Of a stretch of 64,000 nt of DNA, positions 1 through 8,635 are shown piece after piece. Each line of letters opens with the position of its first letter. Within the stretch, counting starts at the first letter, position 1. Under the pieces are notes generated by a model. It was not told where the DNA came from. It worked only from the letters and a program-made list of their open reading frames with translations, and did no database searches. The DNA is from Promethearchaeota archaeon. GTDB lineage: Archaea; Asgardarchaeota; Lokiarchaeia; Sigyniarchaeales; SOKP01. The stretch covers positions 64,001 to 128,000 of the forward strand of contig JAUVXW010000006.1 of NCBI GenBank assembly GCA_030603385.1. The letters run 5' to 3'. Position numbers and translations under genes: made by a program.

Positions 1-713
1 TATGTATTAATATAGCCATTAATTTTTTCTGAAAATTTTAAAGATTTATCAAGTTTATTTATACTTTTACCCGCTTGTTCAATTGAAAATGATCTCGGGC
101 AAACAGAATAACATAAACCACATTTCATACATGTTTCATCATTGATCTCTAAAGTATCTGCTGTGACTGTAATGGCATTTACAGGGCAAATTGATGAGCA
201 CCAACCACATTGACAGCATACTTCAGAATCAAACACAATAGAAACAGGTTCAAAAAAATGTTCAATAAAATCATCAGGTATCTCTTTAACTTGATATCTA
301 TAGAAAAATTCTTTTTCCTCGACTTCTTTTTCTTCTCCCTTTATTTTCTTAATAACGGTTTTGGTTTTAACTTCGATATGTTCTTCGATATATCCTTGTT
401 CTTTAAGATAAATAATATCACAAATGACGTTTTCTGGTGGAAAATCTTTTAGAATTTTTGAAATTTCCTCTAAAAATAACGGTTCCTTACCTATTAATGC
501 CTCTAACACTAATTTACGCTCTGTTTCAGCATCGATCATAGTATCTATTATTTCATAAAATTCTTCTTCAGAATATTTTCCAGTTTTCAAAATTTCATCT
601 TTTGCTTCGAAAAATGCCCTAATTTGAAAGTTTTCAATTGCTTTATAGGTCGCATCCATTAAATTCTTTGGAGATATTCCATCGAAATTTAGATTTTTTG
701 AAATTTGAACCAT
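1..713 (-). CDS. FrhB/FdhB-family (F420-interacting hydrogenase/dehydrogenase beta subunit-like) Fe-S protein with N-terminal helical/wHTH-like extension; runs off the window start
   Basis: Manual translation from ATG 713: MVQISKNLNFDG...CCQCGWCSSICP...CMKCGLCYSVCPRS... is open to base 1. It has two CxxCxxCxxxCP motifs followed by CPR, the same layout as the FrhB-like ORF at 11260. Absent from the ORF track because it is partial. Confidence 0.75.
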   Translation of the reverse strand, partial: MVQISKNLNFDGISPKNLMDATYKAIENFQIRAFFEAKDEILKTGKYSEEEFYEIIDTMIDAETERKLVLEALIGKEPLFLEEISKILKDFPPENVICDIIYLKEQGYIEEHIEVKTKTVIKKIKGEEKEVEEKEFFYRYQVKEIPDDFIEHFFEPVSIVFDSEVCCQCGWCSSICPVNAITVTADTLEINDETCMKCGLCYSVCPRSFSIEQAGKSINKLDKSLKFSEKINGYINT

Positions 714-783
714 ATTTCCGTCCTTTTGGATTACATTTTTAAAAAATTTTTATTTTTAATTGAATACTATTTAAAAACCCCTT

Positions 784-843
784 CCCTTGCAAGGTTAGTC
801 TTCTTATAACTAGAATTTGTTTATAAGAATCATTCTGCAGGGG
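784..843 (-). promoter_or_regulatory. Eukaryote-like SECIS element (selenocysteine insertion sequence)
   Basis: Minus-strand RNA is CCCCUGCAG-A-AUGA-UUCUUAUAA-ACAAAUUCUAG-UUAUAAGAA-GA-CUAACC-UUGCAAGGG. It shows helix I, an AUGA/GA core, a perfect 9-bp helix II and an apical AAA, and lies at the 3' end of two genes carrying in-frame UGA codons. Confidence 0.85.
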
Positions 844-1291
844 TAGTTATAACTTGTTTTGTATCAACTTTCATTTCTTCATCTTCTAAGTTCAGTGGAC
901 TTGGTCCAGCTTTTTTTACCTTTTCGTAAGCATCCTCGACAGATTCGACAAATTTCCCAGCATCTCCTCCACTTAACCAATACATATTTATTCTTTGACT
1001 ACCGAAACCTCTAGATTCTAAGATTCTATTTGCTAAATCAACATGCCTTTCGGCTGTGAAATTACCGTTTTTAAATTGACATTCATTAGGTCTTCAACCA
1101 ACAATCATAACACCATCAGCTCCCGCACGAATGCTATACAAAATGTGCTTAATGTCAACTCTCCCAGTACATCTTACTTTGATAATTTTTACCGCAGGAG
1201 TATATTTTAATCGGGAAACCCCAGCTAAATCAGCTGCGCTATATCCTCATTTTAAGCAAGCAAACACGATTATATTATACGTATTATTCAT
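830..1291 (-). CDS. mvhD: Hydrogenase delta subunit MvhD/VhuD ([2Fe-2S]), selenoprotein with 2 Sec
   Basis: Reads MNNTYNIIVFACLK-U-GYSAADLAG...VRCTGRVD...GADGVMIVG-U-RPNEC. In-frame TGA at 1249-1247 and 1096-1094 fall at conserved Cys/Sec positions. Stop TGA at 832-830. Confidence 0.92.
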
Positions 1292-1297
1292 GTTTAT

Positions 1298-3274
1298 TTA
1301 ACCACCTCCTAAAAGACCATCAATTTCAGCAAATAATTGATGATCGCGATAATATCTGATATCAATTGCTTGAGTAGGACAACACGTGGCACAAATACCG
1401 CATCCGTCACAATTTATTTCATCAATAAACGCACCGATATCCTTTTCAATCCTAATGGCATTTTTAGGACATTCTTTTTCGCATCGTCTACAAGAAATGC
1501 AGAATTCACTGTCCACCTCAGCAGTAATAAGTTCTATATCGATTTCTCCTGGTGATGTTAACTCAGCAACTTTACTTGCAGCAGCTCTAGCTTGAGAAAC
1601 TGAATAAGAAATATTTTTCGGTCCTTGAGCAAATCCAGCTATAAAAATGCCTTTCGACTTAGTCTCTTGCGGCATTAAACCGAAATGTGATTCTGTTAGA
1701 AAGCCATAAGTGTTAGTATCAAGATTTAAGACTTCTACAATTTGTTGGGTACCTTTTGAAGGGAGTGCTGCTGTGGATAACACAACTAAATCAGCATCAA
1801 TTATTACAATCTTATCTGTTAATGATGAATATACTCGAACTTTCACGTTTTTTGTTTCAGGATCTTCAGAAATTTCACCTACCTTCCCACGAATCATTCT
1901 AATACCAGCGTCTTTAGCTCGTTCATAGTATTCTTCAAATCCTTTTTCAGGAGTTCTTATGTCAATATAACAGATTGTAATGTTCGCATCAGGAAATTCT
2001 TCTAAAAGCAATCGCCCATTCTTTAGAGCAAGCATACAACACACTCCGCTACAATAAGTTCTTTCTGTTTCTCTACTACCAACACATTGAATAAAAACAA
2101 TTTCCTTAGGTTTCTTATTATCTGAAATTCGATGCACATGGCCTTCAAGTGGTCCATTTGGAGCTAATATTCGTTCTAATTGAACTTGAGTTATAACATT
2201 TTCAAATTCTCCATATCCGTATTCACCAAAAGGTTCATGTATGTCCCAACCAGTTGCTATAATGATTGTACCAACCTCGACATTGACTTCTTTGGGTTCT
2301 TGACTAAAATCAATAGCATCCAATTCACAAGCATCTACACACGAAAAACATTCTACACATGCATTTCTATCAATATCATATAGAAACGGCACTGCTTGGT
2401 CAAATGGAATATCTATTGCCCTTCGTGCTCCTAAATTTTCATCGAAATAATTCGTTGTATAAACTGGACAGACTTCAGCGCAAGCACCACACCCATTGCA
2501 TTCATCTGTTGTATATCGCGGTTTTTTCTCAATAGTTACGTTATAATTACCGACATATCCTTCGATATTCTTTACTTCACTATAAGTTAATAATTCAATA
2601 TTATCATTTCTATTAATTTTTAACATCACTGGACCACAGATTCAGATAGCACAGTCATCTGTAGGAAAAGTTCTGTCTAATTGAGACATTCTTCCTCCTA
2701 TCGTAGTCTTAAGTTCTACCAGATACACCTTAATACCTTGATTCGCCAGATCTAGAGCTGCGTTCATACCCCCGATCCCTCCTCCTACAACTAAAGTGGC
2801 TTTAGTGACAGGAACAGTTTTAATAGGAACAGGTTCTAAGCGTTTAGCTCTTTCAATACCACTTTTTACTAAAATTTTCGCTTTTTCTGTAGCTTCTTCT
2901 TTGTTATCAGTACACCATGAACAGTGTTCACGAACATTGACCATTTGAAAGTAATAGGGATTTAAGTCTGTTTTAGCAATTGTACCCCTGTAAATCACTT
3001 CATGAGTTCGAGGGGTTCAAGCCGATGCTACTATTCTATTTAGATTCTTTTCTTTGATATCCTCTATTATCTCATTTTGTGCATTATCAGTTCAAAGAAA
3101 TGCATTCTTCTTTGAGATTATAATTTCATCAGGAAATTCGCTTTTAACATATTCTACTAGTTCATCGCAGTCAACTTTGCTTCTTATGTCTGTATTAAAA
3201 ATTTGAAATAAATTTTTTTTTATACCTCACTGACATGCATAGTATCCAATCCGATGATTTTCATTACTAATCAT
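1298..3274 (-). CDS. hdrA: Heterodisulfide reductase subunit A (flavin-based electron bifurcation), selenoprotein with 4 Sec and a predicted 30-nt intron
   Basis: ORF-track pieces 1298-2629 and 2642-2998 and the upstream sequence form one frame broken only by TGA at 3229-3227 (CQUG), 3094-3092 (FLUTD), 3019-3017 (SAUTPRTHE) and 2644-2642 (FPTDDCAIUI), all at conserved Cys positions. Also has a GGGIGG FAD motif, ferredoxin motifs and CVGSR. An alternative ATG lies at 3289. Confidence 0.92.
3190..3219 (-). other. Predicted 30-nt BHB-type mRNA intron in hdrA
   Basis: Central helix GUAU/AUAC (4 Watson-Crick pairs), bulges AA^A and AG^A, and an 8-bp intron stem AAAAAUUU/AAAUUUUU after one A-A mismatch. 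Removal converts CQUG-IKKNLFQIFNT-DI to CQUGINI, matching the HdrA CxCGxNI consensus. Confidence 0.7.
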
Positions 3275-3852
3275 TCTTTTTTTACACATCCACCTCGTGC
3301 TTTTACAAAATTGTATATAAATAAATTTCTTAAATGTATATTGGATCATTTTTAAGTTCCAATATAGATCTTTAGGTCACGATCAATATTAAATATTTTT
3401 TTTAATAGTTTATTCATTTTCAATGTTTTTAATACTTACTATTTATCGATATAATCAAATTTTTATGGAACGGTCGCAACATTAAAACATTTTTAACCAG
3501 ATTGAAAGTTTTTGGTTATTTAATTTTGGAAAGTGTTAAAGAAAGTTGGGTTTATGATCGATCTTAAACATTTTCGGGTCAACGATGGATCGAGGTTGGA
3601 CCAGAAGAAGGTCCCTGGACTCTTGCTCCCCCTCTCCTACAGTTTTCAATGTTCACCTATGATATTATAATTGAAATGGGGCTTTTTACGATGTGCTTTC
3701 TAGCAATTCCTCATTTTTTGAAATTGATAAAGTCTGAAAAACAAGATTAACTCCCTTTTTTTTTATAATTTTTGTTGATCTCCTATAATATTAAAATATT
3801 ATATCTCCAACTAATATCCTTAATTAAAAAAATTGATAAAACGAGAGAATTT

Positions 3853-4839
3853 CTAAATTAGATTCTTAATAATATCATTATTTAAATATTCTTTATAATA
3901 GTGGGATTTATTTAACAGGTATTTTCGCGCAAAAGGCCTAACCATCATCATGAATAATCGAGAAATTGCTACTTTTTTTCTCACAGCATTGAAATAATCA
4001 TCAATTGTATGTTGTTGATATTGTAGAAGCTTTTGACTTTTATCTGTTGTCATGAATCCACAATGAAAACCTTTTGTACTAAATGCTTCAGGAGGCAACT
4101 CTTCGGTTCCAATTCCAAAAATGTCTAACATCTCTCTAAGATATTCTCTATATGAAATTCGACACCTTGATCCACCTGCGATATGTAATATTTCACTCCA
4201 AATTTCTTCGTTTTCGACTGCATTAGCTAAAGCAAAACCAACATCTTTAGTATCACAGATTTCAATACACGTATTTAAGGGCATTTCAAACATAAGCGGA
4301 TCCATTTGAAGTTTATTGATAGATACGATATAGGTTAAACGACATATTACCCACTCTAATCCTGAGTTTTTAATAAGTTCTTCACACTTTACTTTTTGTT
4401 TAGCATACTCATCATCATCATTAGGATTAAGCGGATCAGTTGTTCGAATTAATGGATTTTTAGTTCTGTCACCATATATTGCTACTGAAGAGGTGAATAT
4501 GAGTTTTGGTTTTTGTAGTTGTTTCTTCATAGCTTCGATGATATTTGAGGTTCCCCCAACATTTACGGCTTCAGCAAATCTAGGTTTTCTATCAGCAAGT
4601 GGAGGTATTATAGCAGCCACATGAATAATAACATCACAACCATAAACTGCCATCTCTACATCTTTAGGGTTTCTTAAATCCCCCCACATTATTTCTACCT
4701 GATCTTTAAACTTTTTTGCATTACGACGATTTTGTTTATTTTTTATATCAAAAACTCTTACATCATAGTTTCTTTTAATTAATTCTTTCAATGTACTTAA
4801 TCCAACATTACCAAAAGCTCCTGTTAATAATACTTTCAA
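3853..4839 (-). CDS. NAD(P)-dependent epimerase/dehydratase (extended SDR, 3-beta-HSD-like)
   Basis: N-terminal TGAFGNVG Rossmann motif, HVAA, TSS and YAKQK (YxxxK). Confidence 0.8.
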   Translation of the reverse strand: MKVLLTGAFGNVGLSTLKELIKRNYDVRVFDIKNKQNRRNAKKFKDQVEIMWGDLRNPKDVEMAVYGCDVIIHVAAIIPPLADRKPRFAEAVNVGGTSNIIEAMKKQLQKPKLIFTSSVAIYGDRTKNPLIRTTDPLNPNDDDEYAKQKVKCEELIKNSGLEWVICRLTYIVSINKLQMDPLMFEMPLNTCIEICDTKDVGFALANAVENEEIWSEILHIAGGSRCRISYREYLREMLDIFGIGTEELPPEAFSTKGFHCGFMTTDKSQKLLQYQQHTIDDYFNAVRKKVAISRLFMMMVRPFARKYLLNKSHYYKEYLNNDIIKNLI

Positions 4840-4876
4840 AAATAATTACACTGATTATATGATTTTTTTAGAGGAT

Positions 4877-4893
4877 ATATCAGTTCTGGATAT
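4877..4893. promoter_or_regulatory. Palindromic operator candidate ATATC-N7-GATAT (probable PadR site)
   Basis: The same palindrome plus the flanking ATCAA(A)TTAC occurs 38 bp upstream of this gene and 32 bp upstream of padR (5867-5883). Confidence 0.5.
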
Positions 4894-5128
4894 ATCAATT
4901 ACTTAATATATATTTTATAGATATATAAGTGTTTGGGAAAAGAAAGCTATTTTACTGAATTCAAATTTTCATGAAATATATATAAATATATATTATAAAT
5001 CTATTATATAAAATAAGTTGTATTAAGATAGTCTAAAAATTAATATAATCATAACCTTTAAATATATAGTTTTATATACTAGTGATAGGAAATTAAAATA
5101 ATATTAGGGGTGAAATAAAGCAAAAAAA

Positions 5129-5233
5129 ATGAACGCTAAAATGATATATGAGATTTTAATGGGTATCGTTGGAATCTCTGGTCTGGCTTCATTAGGGTTT
5201 GTTATATTAATACTTCTAGGTATAGTGGCCTAG
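5129..5233 (+). CDS. Small single-pass membrane protein (34 aa)
   Basis: MNAKMIYEILMGIVGISGLASLGFVILILLGIVA*; GGGGTGA lies upstream; composition is coding-like within an AT-rich intergenic region. Confidence 0.55.
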   Translation: MNAKMIYEILMGIVGISGLASLGFVILILLGIVA

Positions 5234-5250
5234 TAATCATTTTGTTTTTA

Positions 5251-5835
5251 TTATTTTCCATCAGCTTTTAAAATCTTAATTCTTTGGTCAATTTCATTTG
5301 TTACATTTTGGAGTTTCTCGACAATTTTTGATATAACCATTTTTCGTTTGGAGAGAATTTCGAATTTTTCATTTTTAGTTTTACCAACAAGACTTGTATC
5401 TTCAAGTAATTCAGGACCAAACAAACTTTCAAAATCATTCGGAATATTTGAATCAGTAATCCCTATAGTCGACATGATCATAGACAGGAGTGATTTACGC
5501 ATATTTTGTTGTCTTTCAATAATTTTTTTTAAAGTTTTTTCACCTTTCTGCGTAATATCATAAACTTTTCGTTCCCTTTTTCCCTCCATTTCAGTAGTAA
5601 ACTTTATTAAACCTTTTTCTGTCAATGATGATAGATGTGGATATAAAGAGGAAGCAGTTGGATTCCATACTCCATAAGTATCATCTTTTATAATTTGCAT
5701 TAAATTATACCCATGAGATGGACTTTTTTCTAAAGCTAATAATATTAAAGTGCTGATATGCCCCTTTTTCATTGATTGTTCAATCGCATCAGCAATTGCA
5801 TCAATTTTTTCTGAATTTTTCGTTTTTTCACTCAT
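5251..5835 (-). CDS. PadR-family transcriptional regulator
   Basis: ILLALEKSPSHGYNL...SSLYPHLSSLTEKGLI...RKVYDITQKG wHTH signature. Confidence 0.9.
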   Translation of the reverse strand: MSEKTKNSEKIDAIADAIEQSMKKGHISTLILLALEKSPSHGYNLMQIIKDDTYGVWNPTASSLYPHLSSLTEKGLIKFTTEMEGKRERKVYDITQKGEKTLKKIIERQQNMRKSLLSMIMSTIGITDSNIPNDFESLFGPELLEDTSLVGKTKNEKFEILSKRKMVISKIVEKLQNVTNEIDQRIKILKADGK

Positions 5836-5866
5836 ATCAATGCTACCATGATTAATAAAGAGACAA

Positions 5867-5883
5867 ATATCAAATATAGATAT
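5867..5883. promoter_or_regulatory. Palindromic operator candidate ATATC-N7-GATAT upstream of padR
   Basis: Second copy of the motif at 4877-4893; consistent with autoregulation. Confidence 0.5.
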
Positions 5884-6011
5884 ATCAAATTACGGAATAA
5901 ATATTAATATTTAGAGTTTTTGTAGAAATAATTGAAATGGCAAAAATAAGGGTTTCTTAAAAGAATTCTCATTTCATCTTAGGTTTAATTCAGGTTTTAA
6001 AAAAAAAAAAA

Positions 6012-7376
6012 TTATTTTAATCTTTTTCTAATTAAAATTATTGATGCTATTGCTATAATTCCAATTATCACTATTGTCGTAGTAGTAATAATAATTAGTA
6101 AATTATCTCCAGAACCAGTGGGAACTGTTAAGCCCAACATATTAAAATACCAATAATTCTCACTTGTTGTTTGACGGATCCTATCATTTAATTGAGAGTA
6201 AACCCAGTATTTTGTATTTAGAAATGACATTGTGCCATACCCTCCAACAATAATACCCAAATCAGCATCTGAGTCATAATGTTCGAGTTCGCTTTTAGGT
6301 ATTCTAATTTCATACATTCGATGATCTGATGCGTTGTTAAAGCTAGGCCCAAATCCCCATTCGATTTGGTAATCACTAATTGAAGAATAGGGGTTCGTAA
6401 ACGCGCTCCCAAAATTATTCTCATCTAAGTGGAAAATTCCAAAACTCATATGGTGTAACTGAATCTTAAAAGGATTGCTATGGTTTGCTAACAAACTAAA
6501 CTGCATTTTGTGATCCGATGTGAAATTTCCAGCTAAAAAAGTATTATACTCATTTACAAGTAAAGTACTAAGTAAAAATGTTTGATCTGGATCATTCCTG
6601 TTCATAGTCCCATTGTTATACCATAGAACTACTTCATAATTTGAAATGGTTGTGTTTACAATTCCAAAGGTATTAAGGTTCACTTTTATCGTGGCATTAG
6701 CATAAAGTTCCTGGAAATAAGAGAAATAGTCCTTTATATCAATTGAAAAGTCAACTTGTACTAAATAGTTCGTATTATTTTTGACTGAGGTTATGTTAAA
6801 AGTCGGTTGCCCCGCAGATTGATCTAAAAGAGTATAATTACCTTCAACTGAACCATAAACTGCATTATATTGGCTATCGCTATTAGGAAAAACACCCCAT
6901 CCAATTGAACTTACATTTAAGAAATAAGGTAATGGTACATCATTTTCAACATCATGTATAAAAGATTCTGCCCCATCATCGAGATAGCTTACCCATGTCG
7001 AAAGTTCAGTAAATGTTCTATTGTTGGTATTTAACCAAGCTCCAACCCATTCACCAGTAATGTCTCCGGTTTTATCACTGCAAAGATCGAGTCCAACAAA
7101 AATATTATTTGCATCTTCGCCTAAATACAGATAATTCATTCCATCGGTATCTGGCGGATTGCCTACGTCGTCTATGTCTAAATAAAATCCAACCTTCCAA
7201 TCTGCATCTGACCATTCACTCTCTTGGATTACACCATCCATAACCATATTTTTCATTGGAGCTGTATCACTAATTTTAGGCATATCGGTACGATATACGA
7301 TAGAAAAACCGCCAAGGATGGACAAATTAAGTAAGATTAACGGTATTATTAAACCAATAAATTTTTTATTTAACAT
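6012..7376 (-). CDS. Secreted, C-terminally membrane-anchored protein with CBM9/DOMON-like motifs
   Basis: N-terminal signal/TM segment, MDGVIQESEWSDA and MYEIRIP motifs, and a C-terminal TM helix plus RKRLK. Confidence 0.6.
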   Translation of the reverse strand: MLNKKFIGLIIPLILLNLSILGGFSIVYRTDMPKISDTAPMKNMVMDGVIQESEWSDADWKVGFYLDIDDVGNPPDTDGMNYLYLGEDANNIFVGLDLCSDKTGDITGEWVGAWLNTNNRTFTELSTWVSYLDDGAESFIHDVENDVPLPYFLNVSSIGWGVFPNSDSQYNAVYGSVEGNYTLLDQSAGQPTFNITSVKNNTNYLVQVDFSIDIKDYFSYFQELYANATIKVNLNTFGIVNTTISNYEVVLWYNNGTMNRNDPDQTFLLSTLLVNEYNTFLAGNFTSDHKMQFSLLANHSNPFKIQLHHMSFGIFHLDENNFGSAFTNPYSSISDYQIEWGFGPSFNNASDHRMYEIRIPKSELEHYDSDADLGIIVGGYGTMSFLNTKYWVYSQLNDRIRQTTSENYWYFNMLGLTVPTGSGDNLLIIITTTTIVIIGIIAIASIILIRKRLK

Positions 7377-7495
7377 TTTTAAACAATAGATATTTAAGAA
7401 ATTTGTTATACCCTAAAATCAATTGTTATTATTAATAGTTTTCGGCATAATAGTCTCGTTAGTACTTGTTCAAAAGCGAAGATAATAATTCTCTT

Positions 7496-7660
7496 ATATT
7501 GAGGTTTGTTACAAAATTGTAAAATCTTGTTCTTGCATTATTGATTGATTGACGAATTGATATAATGAGTTTCATTTTTGATTTTTATTGATAAATAAAA
7601 TGAGAGTGTTAAAAAGCGATTAAATTAAAAAATTTAGTAGATCCGTTAATTTATAACTAG
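7496..7660. repeat. Direct repeat copy 1 (upstream region plus first ~27 codons of the 7702-8439 gene)
   Basis: Near-identical to 8360-8533. Yields the stub ORF 7575-7459 (MKLIISIRQSINNARTRFYNFVTNLNI then unrelated sequence). Confidence 0.85.
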
Positions 7661-7701
7661 ATTACATTATTAGATACTGAGATATTTTGCTTAACTCTGT
7701 T

Positions 7702-8439
7702 TTATCTTGGGATTAACTCTGGTTTTAACAAAACCACTAGCGAAATGGGGATTATCCAGACTAAAATTGAGAAGAGTAACATCCATTCTAATAATGGGGT
7801 GCTATCAATTAGATTTAAAATAGAAACGATCAATGGCCCAAAAATTCCATAGATTCCAAGAAGTTTTGGGATCTTAGTATCATATAAAACAATTAACCAG
7901 CCCATAAAGAAAGCACCAAAAGTAAATCCACCAAAAGCTAAATATGACATAATGCCATGCGGTCCTTCTCCTAAAATGGATAAGAATTCGTAATCGCGGT
8001 CAGCAGAAAAGATCCCCACACCAATATACCCGAGATTACCAATTATGCTAAATAAGAAAGCAAAACTGCTTAGTCGAAAACGTAATCGAGAGTAATGTTG
8101 CTCTCTCAATTTTGTTCTCTCTGGCAATGGAGCAAGTAATTTTTCTAGATAGAAAGTGAGTGGAATAGTCATAGATCCTGCAACAATACATGCAATATCA
8201 TATAAAAATGGAACTGGAGTGTGGTTATGTGCCCCAAGATCAGAAATCCAGTTATCCCAAATAGTGTATCCGTCTGGATCAAACAATGCTGCAATGATAA
8301 CACCAATTATAAGCAAAGAGATATACCCCATCATAACAATAATTGCAGAGTATTTCACGATATTGAGGTTTGTTACAAAATTGTAAAATCTTGCTCTTGC
8401 ATTATTGATTGATTGACGAATTGACATAGTGAGTTTCAT
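7702..8439 (-). CDS. Multi-pass membrane protein (DUF998-like)
   Basis: About 6 hydrophobic helices, GYTIWDNWISDLG motif, GVGIF, and a conserved His. Confidence 0.7.
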   Translation of the reverse strand: MKLTMSIRQSINNARARFYNFVTNLNIVKYSAIIVMMGYISLLIIGVIIAALFDPDGYTIWDNWISDLGAHNHTPVPFLYDIACIVAGSMTIPLTFYLEKLLAPLPERTKLREQHYSRLRFRLSSFAFLFSIIGNLGYIGVGIFSADRDYEFLSILGEGPHGIMSYLAFGGFTFGAFFMGWLIVLYDTKIPKLLGIYGIFGPLIVSILNLIDSTPLLEWMLLFSILVWIIPISLVVLLKPELIPR

Positions 8440-8533
8440 TTTTGATTTTTTTTAAAACTATTGATAAATAAAATAAGGAACCTAAAAAGAGATTTAATTA
8501 AAAAATTTAGTAGATCCGTTAATTTATAACTAG
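8360..8533. repeat. Direct repeat copy 2 (native 5' end of the DUF998-like gene)
   Basis: Aligns by eye with 7496-7660 with few substitutions and one short indel. Confidence 0.85.
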
Positions 8534-8635
8534 GTTTATGTCGTATTTGGATAAAACTTTTATAGATATATGATCTAATTTGATAATAATCATTGAAAAA
8601 AATAAGTAAATTGTAAATATTCAAAGGCTTATTAA

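Noticed and set aside
821-832. Terminal TGA of mvhD as a third Sec (PAE-U-FL*)
   Set aside because: It lies in a non-conserved tail and inside the SECIS core itself, so termination is more plausible.
3190-3225. The hdrA insertion also reads as a GT...AG spliceosomal-like intron (GTATAA...TTTTTAATACAG, 36 nt)
   Set aside because: Removing it gives CQU-DIR and deletes the conserved G-x-N, whereas the BHB cut restores CxUGxNI. No spliceosome is known in archaea.
830-3274. hdrA and mvhD as pseudogenes with nonsense mutations
   Set aside because: All six internal stops are TGA, all fall at conserved Cys sites, and a SECIS-like stem follows.
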